The position numbers were made by a program, and so were the translations under genes. Positions 25,522-36,390 of a stretch of 64,000 nucleotides of DNA are shown here, piece after piece. Position 1 is the stretch's first letter. Every line of letters begins with the position of its first letter. The stretch comes from Spirochaetales bacterium (GTDB lineage: Bacteria > Bacillota > Clostridia > Christensenellales > UBA1242): contig JBFXFT010000005.1 of the NCBI GenBank assembly GCA_050178795.1, forward strand, positions 2,612-66,611, read 5' to 3'. The notes beneath the pieces are model-generated. The model had not been told where the DNA came from, ran no database searches, and was given only the letters and a program-made list of their open reading frames with translations.

Positions 25522-26520
25522 TTAAAAGTCTCCAGTATTTTTTACTGCTCCAGTAGTATCTGGCTTGGCAAAGCTTATTTGGTCTCCTGCTGGCATAATG
25601 TAATAACTTGCTGTTGAGTCACAGTATACATCGCCAACGACTTTAACTTTTACAACATATTTATCGCTAAGAGTTAATGTTATAAGTGAACCATCTGCTC
25701 CAACTATTGCACTTGCCTTCATTTGAGATATTGTTGGAATGGTTGAAGAGTCAGCCATATATTTAATAACTTTTCTATAGTTTTTGCCTGCCATTGCTGG
25801 GTTGTTTAAAACTTGTGCTTGATATTCTGTAACTACTCCGTTTACCTTGATTGCTTTAAAGAAAGATTGTTCAATTACGGCGCTTATAGAGTAGTCATAA
25901 ATTGGTTGTCCTGGGAATATTCCAACGGCTTCTTGGAAGTAATCTATCGTGTCATAAACCCAAGTATTTGCGCTTGTATAAGTGGTAATTAAATCATTGC
26001 CAGACCTTACAACATTTTCCGTTGTTCGTATGTAAACTAAGTTTGTAGCGGAATTGTAATAAATTTGTTTTGCTATTGTTCTACCGTATTTATTGCCAGG
26101 CTCGTAAGATATAAGTTCATAAATTGCGCTGCCGTCCAAATATTTAATCATAATGTTTTGAGAATAAGTTTGAATTTCTATTCCAAGTGTTTTTACTGTA
26201 TTAAATGATGTGCCCCTGCTTATTACGTAATATGAATCAGCGTAGAACGTATTGTTGTATGAAGTAACAAAAGTATCTGCCGCGTTATAAAATAATTGCT
26301 CTGTACTGTCTGTCTCTTCATCTACTGTTGCTGGGTCATAAATTGATATTGCGTGGTTATAATTAAATTCGTTTACATCTTGCATCATCTGTTCAAATTC
26401 TAGCGTTATTTGCGAGTCTTCATAAATACTAGAAATGGTTGCAACAAGCGTTGACAGGGCAAATATTGCCGTCAAGAATATTGTAAATACATTTACCATT
26501 TTGGTTGTAACAATTTTCAT
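25522..26520 (-). CDS. Membrane-anchored hypothetical protein (paralogue A)
   Basis: N-terminal signal-anchor; N-terminal 60 aa align with ORF 26623-27627 (ITLEFEQMMQDVNEFNYNH vs IQFEFNQLLEEVESFNANH). Confidence 0.6.
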   Translation of the reverse strand: MKIVTTKMVNVFTIFLTAIFALSTLVATISSIYEDSQITLEFEQMMQDVNEFNYNHAISIYDPATVDEETDSTEQLFYNAADTFVTSYNNTFYADSYYVISRGTSFNTVKTLGIEIQTYSQNIMIKYLDGSAIYELISYEPGNKYGRTIAKQIYYNSATNLVYIRTTENVVRSGNDLITTYTSANTWVYDTIDYFQEAVGIFPGQPIYDYSISAVIEQSFFKAIKVNGVVTEYQAQVLNNPAMAGKNYRKVIKYMADSSTIPTISQMKASAIVGADGSLITLTLSDKYVVKVKVVGDVYCDSTASYYIMPAGDQISFAKPDTTGAVKNTGDF

Positions 26521-26622
26521 TTACTAACTCGCTCCTTTTACTATATTTTTAATATATCACTTTTAATTTGCCTTTGCAAGCATTTTATTTGTTAATTTAT
26601 AAATATGCAAAATTATGCATTA

Positions 26623-27627
26623 TTATAAACCAGGGATTGTTGGTACTTCAAATGGGATTGGTTGATTATATAGTGAGTACATATAGGTCATATTGAAGTT
26701 ACAGTTCTTTGTAAACACTACATTATACTTTCTTATGTATATTACAAAGTCCAAATTTTGTTTAAGTTTCATAGTTTGAAGTTCGCCATATTTACTGATA
26801 ATTGCCGACATAATAACTTCTTTAAAATTTAAGTCTCTAACCAAATCTGGCTCAATAGTATTAAGTGCCTCTGTAATAAATTTTCCATAAACCCCAGTAG
26901 AAAGTATTGGGTGCAATTTGTATTGAACGTGATATTGTCCATTTTCGCTTTCGTCTTGAGAGCTTATTTGTTTAAAGAACACTTCCTCAATTGTTGTGGC
27001 GTTGTTTATTTTGAATAGTGGAGAGTCTGGTTCGCCCCAATAGTTTGCTATAAACTCTTCTATTGTTTTTGTCTTCCATGAAGTGCTTGAATAAACTGGA
27101 TTCCATACTCCATTCGCGTTTTCTAGCGTCCAAGTGGAGTTATGGTAAATTTTGTTTGTTACTTTATCGTAATAGAACATTATTGCGCCCATTTTGCCGC
27201 CAAAGTTGTTACTTGTTTCCCTTGCGACAATTTGATAAACCATATTGCCATTTTCGTACCTTGCCATTACAAAGGACATATCTATATCTAGTGCAACACC
27301 AAGTATGCTCGTACTTAGTGTTCCATAAGCTTCATTGTAGTAAGATGTTGCGTTGTCTAAATTTGAAAAACTATTAATCAAGGCTTGTTTGCCAGAAGTG
27401 TAGTGCGCATATTCTTGGTCTACAGGGTAAATGGTCTCTATGTTTGAAGAATCTATTGAGCTTAAATGGTTTGCATTAAAAGACTCAACTTCTTCTAAAA
27501 GTTGATTAAACTCAAACTGAATATAGTTGTCATTTTGAATATCGGCTACTGTAGAAATTATTACAGACAAAAAAAACATTGCTGCTAAAATGAGTGTAAA
27601 TTTATTAAACAGTTTTGCTGAAAACAT
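26623..27627 (-). CDS. Membrane-anchored hypothetical protein (paralogue B)
   Basis: Same architecture and length (334 vs 332 aa) as the downstream paralogue. Confidence 0.6.
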   Translation of the reverse strand: MFSAKLFNKFTLILAAMFFLSVIISTVADIQNDNYIQFEFNQLLEEVESFNANHLSSIDSSNIETIYPVDQEYAHYTSGKQALINSFSNLDNATSYYNEAYGTLSTSILGVALDIDMSFVMARYENGNMVYQIVARETSNNFGGKMGAIMFYYDKVTNKIYHNSTWTLENANGVWNPVYSSTSWKTKTIEEFIANYWGEPDSPLFKINNATTIEEVFFKQISSQDESENGQYHVQYKLHPILSTGVYGKFITEALNTIEPDLVRDLNFKEVIMSAIISKYGELQTMKLKQNLDFVIYIRKYNVVFTKNCNFNMTYMYSLYNQPIPFEVPTIPGL

Positions 27628-27811
27628 ATTTTCTTTAATCCTTAATAATTTTTTATATTTTGCGTTTTACTAGTACTGCATAATACTAGTATTATAATTT
27701 TACCATTAAAATATTTTAAAGTCAACTTACAAATTAGTCAAATAATTATACATTTTAAAAAATAAATGTTATAATATTTATCGCTACAAATTTTTATAAA
27801 GAGAGTATTTT

Positions 27812-28711
27812 ATGCAAAAAACAGAAAATTACGCGGCAGAGTATTTAAACACCCTTAATCAAGATGAACTAATTGAGGACGCCGAAACAAACTACAAAGA
27901 GCAATTAATAGACGCAGTAAACCTTTTAGTAAATGGACAAAATACCATAAAATTTATATTTATTGGCGGTCCATCATCTTCTGGTAAAACCACTTCTTCG
28001 CACATACTTAAAGCGGAACTTTTAAAAAACAGAATAACCGCAAAAGTTATTTCTTTAGATGACTTCTTTTTAGAAAGAGACGAAACGCCACTTTTACCTA
28101 ATGGGGACAAGGACTATGATTCAGTTAATTCCATTGACTGGAAATTGTTTGGCAAGTGTATGAGCGAACTATTATTAAATAAGTCGTCAGTTTTGCCTGT
28201 TTATAATTTCTTGACTGGCGAGAAAAATTTTGGCAACACGCCAACCACTCTTTTAGATAGTGAAGTAATAATAATAGAGGGTTTACACGCACTTAACCCA
28301 ATAATCGCTAATTACATTCCACAAGACCTATCAATAAAAATATATGTTTCTCCTCAAACTGGTTTTACATATAACAACAAGGTGGAAATAGATGGCTATA
28401 TTTTAAGGCTTATGCGCAGATTAATTAGAGACATTAAAAGCCGCGGAATATCTCCAGAGCGAACTTTTAAAACTTGGCAAAATGTTAGAAATGCAGAAAG
28501 CAAATATATTATTCCATTTATGGACAGTGCAAACTTTATTATAGACACAACACACGCCTATGAGCCATTTATGTATAAAAATATTTTAAAAACTTTCTCG
28601 GCAACACATATGGACTCAATTAATTACTTGTTAAAAAAATTAGAGTATTTTTCAGAGATGGAGCCAAGCAAAGTTCCTAATGATTCGTTAATAAAGGAAT
28701 TTGTTGGATAA
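27812..28711 (+). CDS. Uridine kinase/phosphoribulokinase-family nucleoside kinase
   Basis: P-loop FIGGPSSSGKTTSS, SLDDFF, DYDSVNSIDW, VIIIEGLHALNP in the order typical of the Udk/PRK family. Confidence 0.6.
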   Translation: MQKTENYAAEYLNTLNQDELIEDAETNYKEQLIDAVNLLVNGQNTIKFIFIGGPSSSGKTTSSHILKAELLKNRITAKVISLDDFFLERDETPLLPNGDKDYDSVNSIDWKLFGKCMSELLLNKSSVLPVYNFLTGEKNFGNTPTTLLDSEVIIIEGLHALNPIIANYIPQDLSIKIYVSPQTGFTYNNKVEIDGYILRLMRRLIRDIKSRGISPERTFKTWQNVRNAESKYIIPFMDSANFIIDTTHAYEPFMYKNILKTFSATHMDSINYLLKKLEYFSEMEPSKVPNDSLIKEFVG

Positions 28712-28766
28712 ATAAAAAACAAAAAACCGATTTTAGTCGGTTTTTTTATTTTCTATAAGCTTACTT

Positions 28767-29435
28767 TTAAGCATTGTTTATTGTTATTATGCCCAAATAT
28801 TCTATTGGGTGATTCATTATGAACTCATCTATTGTTAAAAGTTCTACTGGGTTTGCAAACCAAAATTGTCCGTAGGTTTCTGTTTTTTCAAACATTTGAT
28901 AGTGACCGTAATTAAACTTTTTACTTACATATAGTGAAATATTTACAAGCGAGTTTGTTGCCGCCTCTACAAAATTGTCCCTATTGGTTACAATGTTAAC
29001 TTTAAAGCCCTTGCCCTCTAAATAATACTTTATTACAAGTGGATTAGTGCCCAAGTAACCATAGGCAAAAGTTCCGTAATTTGCAAAAACCCTTATTAGG
29101 TCCTCTATTACTATTTCGCCGTCGTAATAGCCTTCATTTTTTAAATAGACTAATGCGTTGTATGTCGCAATCCAACCACAGCCGCTTTTGTCGCTCGTTT
29201 GTAGTCCATAATGAAAACCAGCCGTTAAATTTTGGTTTTGAATGTAACCATTTACATCAAAACTGTCAAAAGTCTCGGCAAAGGCTTTGTTGCTTGCGTA
29301 ATAAAAACTTGAAATGCCTATCGGTGCAATGCAGGCCAAAATAAATATTACAACTGCTGCAATTATAAAGCCTGTTTTATTGGTTTTTTGATAACTTAAT
29401 TCTGCTATTCTTTCTTCCTCTGTCATAAAATTCAC
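28767..29435 (-). CDS. Membrane-anchored putative papain-fold (C39/BtrH-like) cysteine peptidase
   Basis: One TM helix, then SGCGWIATYNALVYL (Cys) and NYGHYQMF (His) in the order expected for a Cys-His peptidase; weak call. Confidence 0.35.
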   Translation of the reverse strand: MNFMTEEERIAELSYQKTNKTGFIIAAVVIFILACIAPIGISSFYYASNKAFAETFDSFDVNGYIQNQNLTAGFHYGLQTSDKSGCGWIATYNALVYLKNEGYYDGEIVIEDLIRVFANYGTFAYGYLGTNPLVIKYYLEGKGFKVNIVTNRDNFVEAATNSLVNISLYVSKKFNYGHYQMFEKTETYGQFWFANPVELLTIDEFIMNHPIEYLGIITINNA

Positions 29436-29447
29436 CTATCACAAATA

Positions 29448-29897
29448 TTAATTCTTTTTTACTCCTGTTGAGCCAAAGCCACCTTCGCCACGCCTAGTTT
29501 TATCAAGCGAAACGACTTCCATAATTTCAAACTTGTCAAGTTTTGAAATTATCATTTGGGCTATTCTGTCGCCAGGCTCTATTACAAAGTCGTCTTTTGA
29601 GTGATTAATTAAAATTACGCCAAGTTCGCCCCTATAGTCTGCATCTATTGTTGCTGGTCCGTTTAAAACGCCTATTCCTTTTTTTGCTGCAAGCCCACTT
29701 CTAGCCCTAATTTGAGCCTCATAACCAAATGGCATAGCCATTTTTAAACCCGTTGCAACAACTTTAAAATCGCCAGCTTTAATTACCGCGTTTTCAACGG
29801 CATATAGGTCCATGCCTGCGTCAGATTTGTGCGCAAACTTTGGAATAATTGCGTCTTTATGCGCCTTCATAAATTTAATTTTAGGTCTTCTAAACAT
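29448..29897 (-). CDS. dut: dUTP diphosphatase
   Basis: AGMDLYA, RSGLAAKKGI, GPATIDADYRGE, GGFGSTG: all five dUTPase motifs in order. Confidence 0.93.
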   Translation of the reverse strand: MFRRPKIKFMKAHKDAIIPKFAHKSDAGMDLYAVENAVIKAGDFKVVATGLKMAMPFGYEAQIRARSGLAAKKGIGVLNGPATIDADYRGELGVILINHSKDDFVIEPGDRIAQMIISKLDKFEIMEVVSLDKTRRGEGGFGSTGVKKN

Positions 29898-29971
29898 AGT
29901 GTAATTCTCCTAATTTCCGTATAATTAAGTATACCATATCTATGGTATTTATCATAGCATTTACTGGTTAT

Positions 29972-30907
29972 TTAACTTATTTTTGCTTGCCATTTTTTAG
30001 GTAAACAATATTCAATTTTGTTTTTATTTTCACTATATTTAAATTTAATTTTTTTGCGATTGCTTTTAATTTGAGGGTAAGCAACTCTGCAATATTTGTC
30101 AAACTCGCAAAACAAGTTTTGAATGTCAATTAATTGTAGTTTTCTGTTTGCCAAGTAAGGGAATTTTAACCGAAGACTCAAAAAATATTGCTCCTGATTT
30201 TTGAATGCATATTTTATTACATCTTCATAGTTATCAAACTCTACAAAACATTTTTTTATGCCCCTTTGTGCGCCTGGTCCTGCCACCGTAAACTCGTCTT
30301 CACGCCAAGGAATAAACTCACAATATGCAAGGTCTGTAATTAATTGATACGCCATAAAATTTCCTATTAATGGGTATGAAACCATAATTTTAAAGGCTTG
30401 TTCCATATTTTTTATTTTTAACAATTTTTCTGCCAAATGGTCTTCAAAAAACATTTTTTTAAGTAGCGCTAGGTGATTATCGTGCTTTGATTCGTAACCA
30501 AAGTATTTTGTTGCACAACTTATGTAGGCGGAATTATATATTGGCTGTTTAATTTTTAACTCGCTCAAAAAATGAGATAGTTTATCAAAATTGAAGTTTG
30601 ATAAACTCATTTTGCCAAACTCATTTTCAAGAATGGTCCACGTGCTTGGCAAATTAAAAATTTTAAAAAATACCACTCTAAAAATTATGTCCTCTTCTGT
30701 CAATCCCTCACTTTTATTTATTACTTCCCTTATTAAAAATTGCGAAACCCTATCTAAAACTCTGTAAGTGTTGCAAAACTTATATGTCGTTAAAATTTCA
30801 TCTGTAGAGTATGGCATAATGCCATTTAACTTATTATAAAAAACGCTTTGCCTATTAAAGGCAAAAAGCCAAAATTCGTTAAACATTTTTTCGTTTGCTT
30901 TTATCAT
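29972..30907 (-). CDS. Helical protein resembling the 5-hmdU DNA kinase helical domain / alpha-glutamyl-putrescinyl-thymine pyrophosphorylase (DNA base hypermodification) family
   Basis: N-terminal FWLFAFNRQSVFYNK..G..PYSTDEILTTYKFCNTYRVLDRVSQFLI matches my recollection of the R..I...R..G...PWT.D.IL...RF.N.YRE.DR.T signature of that family; from memory only, no search run. Confidence 0.4.
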   Translation of the reverse strand: MIKANEKMFNEFWLFAFNRQSVFYNKLNGIMPYSTDEILTTYKFCNTYRVLDRVSQFLIREVINKSEGLTEEDIIFRVVFFKIFNLPSTWTILENEFGKMSLSNFNFDKLSHFLSELKIKQPIYNSAYISCATKYFGYESKHDNHLALLKKMFFEDHLAEKLLKIKNMEQAFKIMVSYPLIGNFMAYQLITDLAYCEFIPWREDEFTVAGPGAQRGIKKCFVEFDNYEDVIKYAFKNQEQYFLSLRLKFPYLANRKLQLIDIQNLFCEFDKYCRVAYPQIKSNRKKIKFKYSENKNKIEYCLPKKWQAKIS

Positions 30908-31052
30908 ATTGTCCTCTTTTTTATTTTATTAAAAATACTGTTTAATCGCAACCAAAATTTAATAAAAAATATTAAATGTTTTTTACCGCGTTAAGACGCT
31001 TAATTATTTTTTAAACCTGTGATATTATAAAAACATAAAAGGTAATAAAATT

Positions 31053-32120
31053 ATGAAAAAGAAAATACTTACATTATTATTAATTTTTATACTTGTGTCT
31101 AGTTTTACTGGATGTAGAACGGTTGCAGAAATTGATTCAAATATAAGTTTAGAGCCAAACAGTATTGAAAATACTATTTTAATTATAGGTGATGGTATGG
31201 GCGAAAACCACATTACCGCGGCAAGAACATACTTGGGTCAAGACTTAGCGCTAGACTCAATTAATGAGCGAGGACTGGTAAACACTCTATCTTATTCTGG
31301 AACAACCGACAGTGCCGCTGCCGCAACGGCGATGGCAACTGGGCAAAAGGTCTATAACGGTCAAATAGCGAGATACGAAGGCAATAATTTATCAACCTTT
31401 TTAGATGAGGCAAAAACAAGTGGTAAAAAAACAGGTGTAATAACAAGCGATTATTTGTACGGTGCCACTCCAGCCGCCTTTTCTGCCCATGCAGATAATA
31501 GAAATGATACATTGGCAATAATAAACTCTCAAATAACGAGCAACATTGACCTTTTAATGGGTCAAGGCGTAAATGAATATAACAATTACTCTCAAACCAT
31601 TACAAATGCTGGTTACGATTACGTAAACGACATCACAAACTTAAATGAATCGGCAAGCAAGGTGTTTGGGGTTTTTAACTCAATTGACCCACAAGAACTT
31701 GCAACAGAAAACTCCATAAACATAACCGCTCTTGCTAATTTTGCACTCAATTATTTAACCAATCCAAATGGTTTTGTTTTGGTGTTTGAGGTTGCAGACA
31801 TAGATAAAAGGAGCCACGACCACAATTTACAAAGCATGATTTATGAACTTTTAATGCTAGATCAACTTGTAAGCACTGTTCTAAATTGGATGGGCGAAAA
31901 CACTAACACATTTTTAATGGTAACCGCAGACCACGAAACCGGAGGGCTAAACCTACCTCAAACCGACACCTATGAAAACTTACTAAATACCTATAGTTTT
32001 ACAACTTTTGGTCATACGGACAGAAAAGTACCCTACTACGCGGTTAATTATGACTTAAAAGAAGATTTAATAGACAACATAGATATTTATAAACTAATAG
32101 ACTTTTTAGTTCAAGACTAA
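31053..32120 (+). CDS. Alkaline phosphatase lipoprotein (PhoA family)
   Basis: Lipobox SSFTGC; IIGDGMG, TDSAAAATAMATG (active-site Ser), DKRSHDH, TADHETGG. Confidence 0.85.
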   Translation: MKKKILTLLLIFILVSSFTGCRTVAEIDSNISLEPNSIENTILIIGDGMGENHITAARTYLGQDLALDSINERGLVNTLSYSGTTDSAAAATAMATGQKVYNGQIARYEGNNLSTFLDEAKTSGKKTGVITSDYLYGATPAAFSAHADNRNDTLAIINSQITSNIDLLMGQGVNEYNNYSQTITNAGYDYVNDITNLNESASKVFGVFNSIDPQELATENSINITALANFALNYLTNPNGFVLVFEVADIDKRSHDHNLQSMIYELLMLDQLVSTVLNWMGENTNTFLMVTADHETGGLNLPQTDTYENLLNTYSFTTFGHTDRKVPYYAVNYDLKEDLIDNIDIYKLIDFLVQD

Positions 32121-32204
32121 CATTTTTAAACAAAAAACACCTCATATTTTTATGGGTGTTTTTTTATAATTTAAATTCTATTTAAGTAAAGAAATGGTTT
32201 TAAA

Positions 32205-34757
32205 TTAAATAATTTTAATAGCGTCAATTGGTTTCATACGTATAATTCTAATTAGTGGAAGTGCACTAGCAATAAGCACTACAAGAATACACATAGCAAC
32301 CACTAACAACAAGGTGGTTGGCTGCAATGTAATGGCTTGTAGTTTATATTCAAATGTGTTTGTAAGTGAGGTGTTGAGTACCGTAGTTCCTAACACAATT
32401 ATAATTGTAGATAAAATAATATTTACAATTGCAATGAAAACTCCTTCAAACATAAATATTTTGGCTACGTCAATTCCGCGTGCACCCATGGCGCGAAGTA
32501 TGCCAATTTCTTTCTTTTTATTCATAACGCTTACTGAAATAAAGTTATACATTAAAAGTAGTACGAAGAACAATAAAACTAAACTGGCACCCTCTAACAT
32601 TTTAGAAATAATACCAAATAACACATCTAGCATTTGTAATTCTGATGTTGGATAACCAGCATAATTCATACTTTGCGAATCAAGGTATTGCAATAAACTA
32701 ATATTTGCAGCCCTATCCTCACTTAGTGGAATAAACACAGTTGGCGAAACTAAGGCGCCCTCTACACAAGTGTTTTTAAAGTTTTCGTTTGTAATAAATA
32801 CATTATAAAAATCCGTTATGTCGCTGTCATCAAATACTCCAACCACTTTAATGTCGTTCATTATGCCTGTCGTATCTGAACTGTTTAAATATAGCGATAA
32901 AGAAAGGTCTTCAAAATCGGCCGCTGTCATATTATCGTAAGTAAAAATAAAGTTACCTAAACTATCCATTTCGTATCGGTCTAAAATGCTTGCAAGTTCC
33001 GAAAAACTAATTACGACCTCGTCATCGGCAAGTTGAGTGTTTGGCGTGTAACCAGCAATAAAAGTTACTGGCACCATAAGAAATAAAGGATTATACGAAA
33101 TTACATTGCTGACTGAACGCAGACCTGCAACATAAAGGTCAAGCGGAAGAGTATAATCTGTATCGTTATTCCTTACATATACGCTACTTGCAACTATAGA
33201 TTGATGCATAGCGTAATTATAAACTGCATCTTTTACAGTTAAAGCGGCAGTATATACATTTGATGTATTAAACTTAACTTGCGTATTTCTATCAAAAACC
33301 ATTGATGTATAATCTGTGCTAAAAATGCCAGTGATTACAAAAGGAATACTACTAATAGTGATTGTTTTATTTAAAATATTTTCGTATCCACTATTTGGTA
33401 ATACATCGCCATCGTCAAACTTTGCACCAAAATACATAATGCTATCGGCGGTGTAATCAGATATCATAATTTCAATTGAGGAAGTGCTTAACTCTGGGTA
33501 TGTTCCCAATAATTTTGTCGCACCATAAAAACCATTTATTGAACTATCATCTAATGTGCTTGTCATTTCTACAACAGAATTAATAGTGTTTGAAAAATCA
33601 GTTCCATCTTCCTCCTCTGGCGGAGTCGCATAAATTGGCAAGGCTAATTCTTGAGTATAGTTTTTATAGGTAGTAATGCCATTTGTTTCAAAATTAATAA
33701 AGTCTTGACTATCTAGTGCAATGGTTGATGTGGTTTCAACATTGTTGTCATCAATTTCAGTTTGTAATTTTGTGACAAGCACTGTATCTATGCCAAGTGA
33801 TTCAAAGGTTTCAATAGATGAATTTTGGTAATTGTAATTTTTTAAACTGCTTGAAAGCCCAAAAATAGATAATGCCAATACGGTAAGAATTAAAGTAAAA
33901 GCAAAACGAACTTTTTTAGTGCGAAAATTAGAAAGTGCAATTTTTAGTGCATGTTTCATAGGTAAATGCACATTAGTTTTTTGAAATTTTTCTTTATTTT
34001 GTTTGTCTTCAAAAGTGGTAGAAACAAAGGACTCGTCAATGCTCTTTTGATATTGATTTTTTAAAGCATCTAAGTCAACTTTGTGTAATTTTGTCTTATC
34101 GGAAATAATAAGTCCATCGGCAAGTTCAATAATTCTGTCGCCATAGGTAATTGCGTTATCCATATCGTGAGTAACTACGATGACTAAGCACTTCTTTGAT
34201 AGTTTTTTAAACAGGTCAAAAATTTGTTTTCCTGTGTTTGAGTCCAAACTTCCAGTAGGCTCATCAGCAAAAACAATTTTTGGGTTTTTAACAATAGAGC
34301 GCGCAATCGCTACGCGTTGCTTTTGTCCGCCAGATAGTTCAAAAGACTTTCTATCCCCATAGCCTTCTAGCGAAACACTTTTTAACGCTTCTTCAATGTC
34401 TTCATCGGTGCAAGTTTGATTTTGTAATCTTAAAGAAAGTTCTATGTTCTCCCTAACCGTCATATCGTCAATAATACTAAAATCTTGGAAAATAAAACCA
34501 ACGTATGTGTTTCTGTAAATGTCAAAATCGTCTTGCTTAAAGTCTTTACTGGACTTATTGGCAATAATAATTTCTCCGCTATCATGAATATCTAGACCAC
34601 TCATAACATTTAAAAGTGTACTTTTTCCGCTGCCACTTTTTCCACACACAAAAACCATTCCCTTATCTGGAAACGATATAGAAACCCCATTAAGTGCACC
34701 ACATTTTTTGCCTTTTTGTGTGGTATATGTCTTTTTGATGTCAATAATATTTAGCAT
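32205..34757 (-). CDS. Fused ABC transporter ATPase plus FtsX/MacB-type permease
   Basis: [32 protein letters not shown]; long extracytoplasmic domain; C-terminal FtsX-like block [14 protein letters not shown] with 3 TM helices. Confidence 0.85.
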   Translation of the reverse strand: MLNIIDIKKTYTTQKGKKCGALNGVSISFPDKGMVFVCGKSGSGKSTLLNVMSGLDIHDSGEIIIANKSSKDFKQDDFDIYRNTYVGFIFQDFSIIDDMTVRENIELSLRLQNQTCTDEDIEEALKSVSLEGYGDRKSFELSGGQKQRVAIARSIVKNPKIVFADEPTGSLDSNTGKQIFDLFKKLSKKCLVIVVTHDMDNAITYGDRIIELADGLIISDKTKLHKVDLDALKNQYQKSIDESFVSTTFEDKQNKEKFQKTNVHLPMKHALKIALSNFRTKKVRFAFTLILTVLALSIFGLSSSLKNYNYQNSSIETFESLGIDTVLVTKLQTEIDDNNVETTSTIALDSQDFINFETNGITTYKNYTQELALPIYATPPEEEDGTDFSNTINSVVEMTSTLDDSSINGFYGATKLLGTYPELSTSSIEIMISDYTADSIMYFGAKFDDGDVLPNSGYENILNKTITISSIPFVITGIFSTDYTSMVFDRNTQVKFNTSNVYTAALTVKDAVYNYAMHQSIVASSVYVRNNDTDYTLPLDLYVAGLRSVSNVISYNPLFLMVPVTFIAGYTPNTQLADDEVVISFSELASILDRYEMDSLGNFIFTYDNMTAADFEDLSLSLYLNSSDTTGIMNDIKVVGVFDDSDITDFYNVFITNENFKNTCVEGALVSPTVFIPLSEDRAANISLLQYLDSQSMNYAGYPTSELQMLDVLFGIISKMLEGASLVLLFFVLLLMYNFISVSVMNKKKEIGILRAMGARGIDVAKIFMFEGVFIAIVNIILSTIIIVLGTTVLNTSLTNTFEYKLQAITLQPTTLLLVVAMCILVVLIASALPLIRIIRMKPIDAIKII

Positions 34758-34767
34758 TTTATTCTCC

Positions 34768-36291
34768 TTAATGAATAATTATAGTGCGAAGGGCTTTTCC
34801 ATATACATGGTCAATTCCTTGAGTAACGTATTCTAATTGATTTGTGCCTTGAAACATATCGCTTAGCGTATAATTTGTAGTCAAATTTCCTGTGTCAATC
34901 GTACAGTTTTGTATTGTAAAGCCTATTAAATCAGAGTCCACAATGTTGCCAACAACAAAACCAATTTTAGGAGATACAGAATAACCTGACATGTGACCGT
35001 ATCCAGTAACGGTAAAGTCAATACCATTAACGCTATTGTTTTCTATTGCAGAAGTAGTTGTATAGCCAACTATACCGCCTATTGACCTGCTTCTATATGC
35101 TATGTATATAATCATATCTATGTTGGACGCCGAATTATTGTTAATGTCTCCATGAAAAGATGTGCCTGAAATTGCACCGATATCTCCATTAGTTTCAAAT
35201 GTAACATCATCTACATTACAATTATAGACCGTGCCATAATTATTTACACCAACAACACCACCAGTGCGCGACATATAGCGTTGACACTTAATATAACCAC
35301 CAGTAATGTTAATGTAGGAAATGTCGCCTGAATTATACCCTGCCAAAGACCCAACTTGTGTGTAACTGCCACCATGATAAACATATCCTGTTATTGTCAC
35401 ATCTTCTAAACTTAAATGTGCGATTGTTCCATAGTTGTTAGCAATAAATCCAAACGGAGTATCCTCTTCATAAAGTTTGGCTGGAATGGTAATGTTTAAA
35501 TTAGATAATGTATAATCGTTTCCCCAAATAGAGCCATAAAAATTAGGAATTGGTACCCAATTTGTAAGCGTAGACATATCAATATCACTAACAATTTCAT
35601 AGTCAAGTTCTGGGTGATATTTAATTCCAAGCAGTTGTTGTAAGGAGCCAATTTCAATGCGGTCATATACTGTAACATCTACAGTAGTAGAGATATCATT
35701 TTCTCCTGTTGCAGATACTGTAATAACATAGCCAATGGGCGCATCGGCACCTAAAAGAAGGCGCCCACTCTCATCTATTGTTGCATATTCGCCACCAGAT
35801 ACAATGTCATATTGAACTTGTTTGTAACTTGCGTTTGTTGGAGTAAAAACAACATCTAATACAATTTCATTGTTTGGAAGACAAACGTATTTATCGTGCT
35901 CGTTTACAAGTTCAATGGATTCTAGTGGAACATATTCTTTGGTGACCTGAATATCTGCTGTGATTGAGGCGTCTTTTTTGTATATTATCTGCAATGTGTC
36001 GGAAAAAACTGCTGGTGCAGTTTCTGATGTTTTTAAATAACCGTTTTGAACATAAATATAACTGTTTTGGCTTATATACCAAAAATCGGCATAACTGGCC
36101 GCTTGTGTTGACCCATTTTCATATATAAACTCAATGTTGTCCATTGATGTTTGCTCGTCATTAATAGTGTAATTTAAGTTGGCTGATTGTATTGATACTA
36201 CTGCCATATTGTCATTAGAAGAATTGCACGCAGTCATAATAAGTGGTGCAAAGCAAATAATAATAAATACCAACAACTTAAATAATTTCAT
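34768..36291 (-). CDS. Surface lipoprotein with Ig-like region and GLUG-like beta-helix repeats (start moved to ATG 36291 behind AGGAGA)
   Basis: Lipobox LIMTAC; repeated G(G/S).(V/A)GY/GVNN..G.(I/V)..(C/I)(N/Y) strands (GSLAGYNSGDISY, GGVVGVNNYGTVYNCNV, GGIVGYTTTSAIENNSV); stop is 10 nt before the ABC gene start. Confidence 0.6.
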   Translation of the reverse strand: MKLFKLLVFIIICFAPLIMTACNSSNDNMAVVSIQSANLNYTINDEQTSMDNIEFIYENGSTQAASYADFWYISQNSYIYVQNGYLKTSETAPAVFSDTLQIIYKKDASITADIQVTKEYVPLESIELVNEHDKYVCLPNNEIVLDVVFTPTNASYKQVQYDIVSGGEYATIDESGRLLLGADAPIGYVITVSATGENDISTTVDVTVYDRIEIGSLQQLLGIKYHPELDYEIVSDIDMSTLTNWVPIPNFYGSIWGNDYTLSNLNITIPAKLYEEDTPFGFIANNYGTIAHLSLEDVTITGYVYHGGSYTQVGSLAGYNSGDISYINITGGYIKCQRYMSRTGGVVGVNNYGTVYNCNVDDVTFETNGDIGAISGTSFHGDINNNSASNIDMIIYIAYRSRSIGGIVGYTTTSAIENNSVNGIDFTVTGYGHMSGYSVSPKIGFVVGNIVDSDLIGFTIQNCTIDTGNLTTNYTLSDMFQGTNQLEYVTQGIDHVYGKALRTIIIH

Positions 36292-36390
36292 ACGTCTCCT
36301 ACTAACCTGTAGTATAAAGATTATACTACAATATGTGCAATAAGTACAGCACAAAAATAATTAATGGGTTTTTATTTTTGACTTTGTTTA

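Noticed and set aside
30908-31052. Pho-box (PhoP direct repeats) upstream of the alkaline phosphatase gene
   Set aside because: I looked for TT[ATC]ACA repeats at 11-bp spacing and found only isolated TTTAAT strings with the wrong spacing. No regulator site is claimed.
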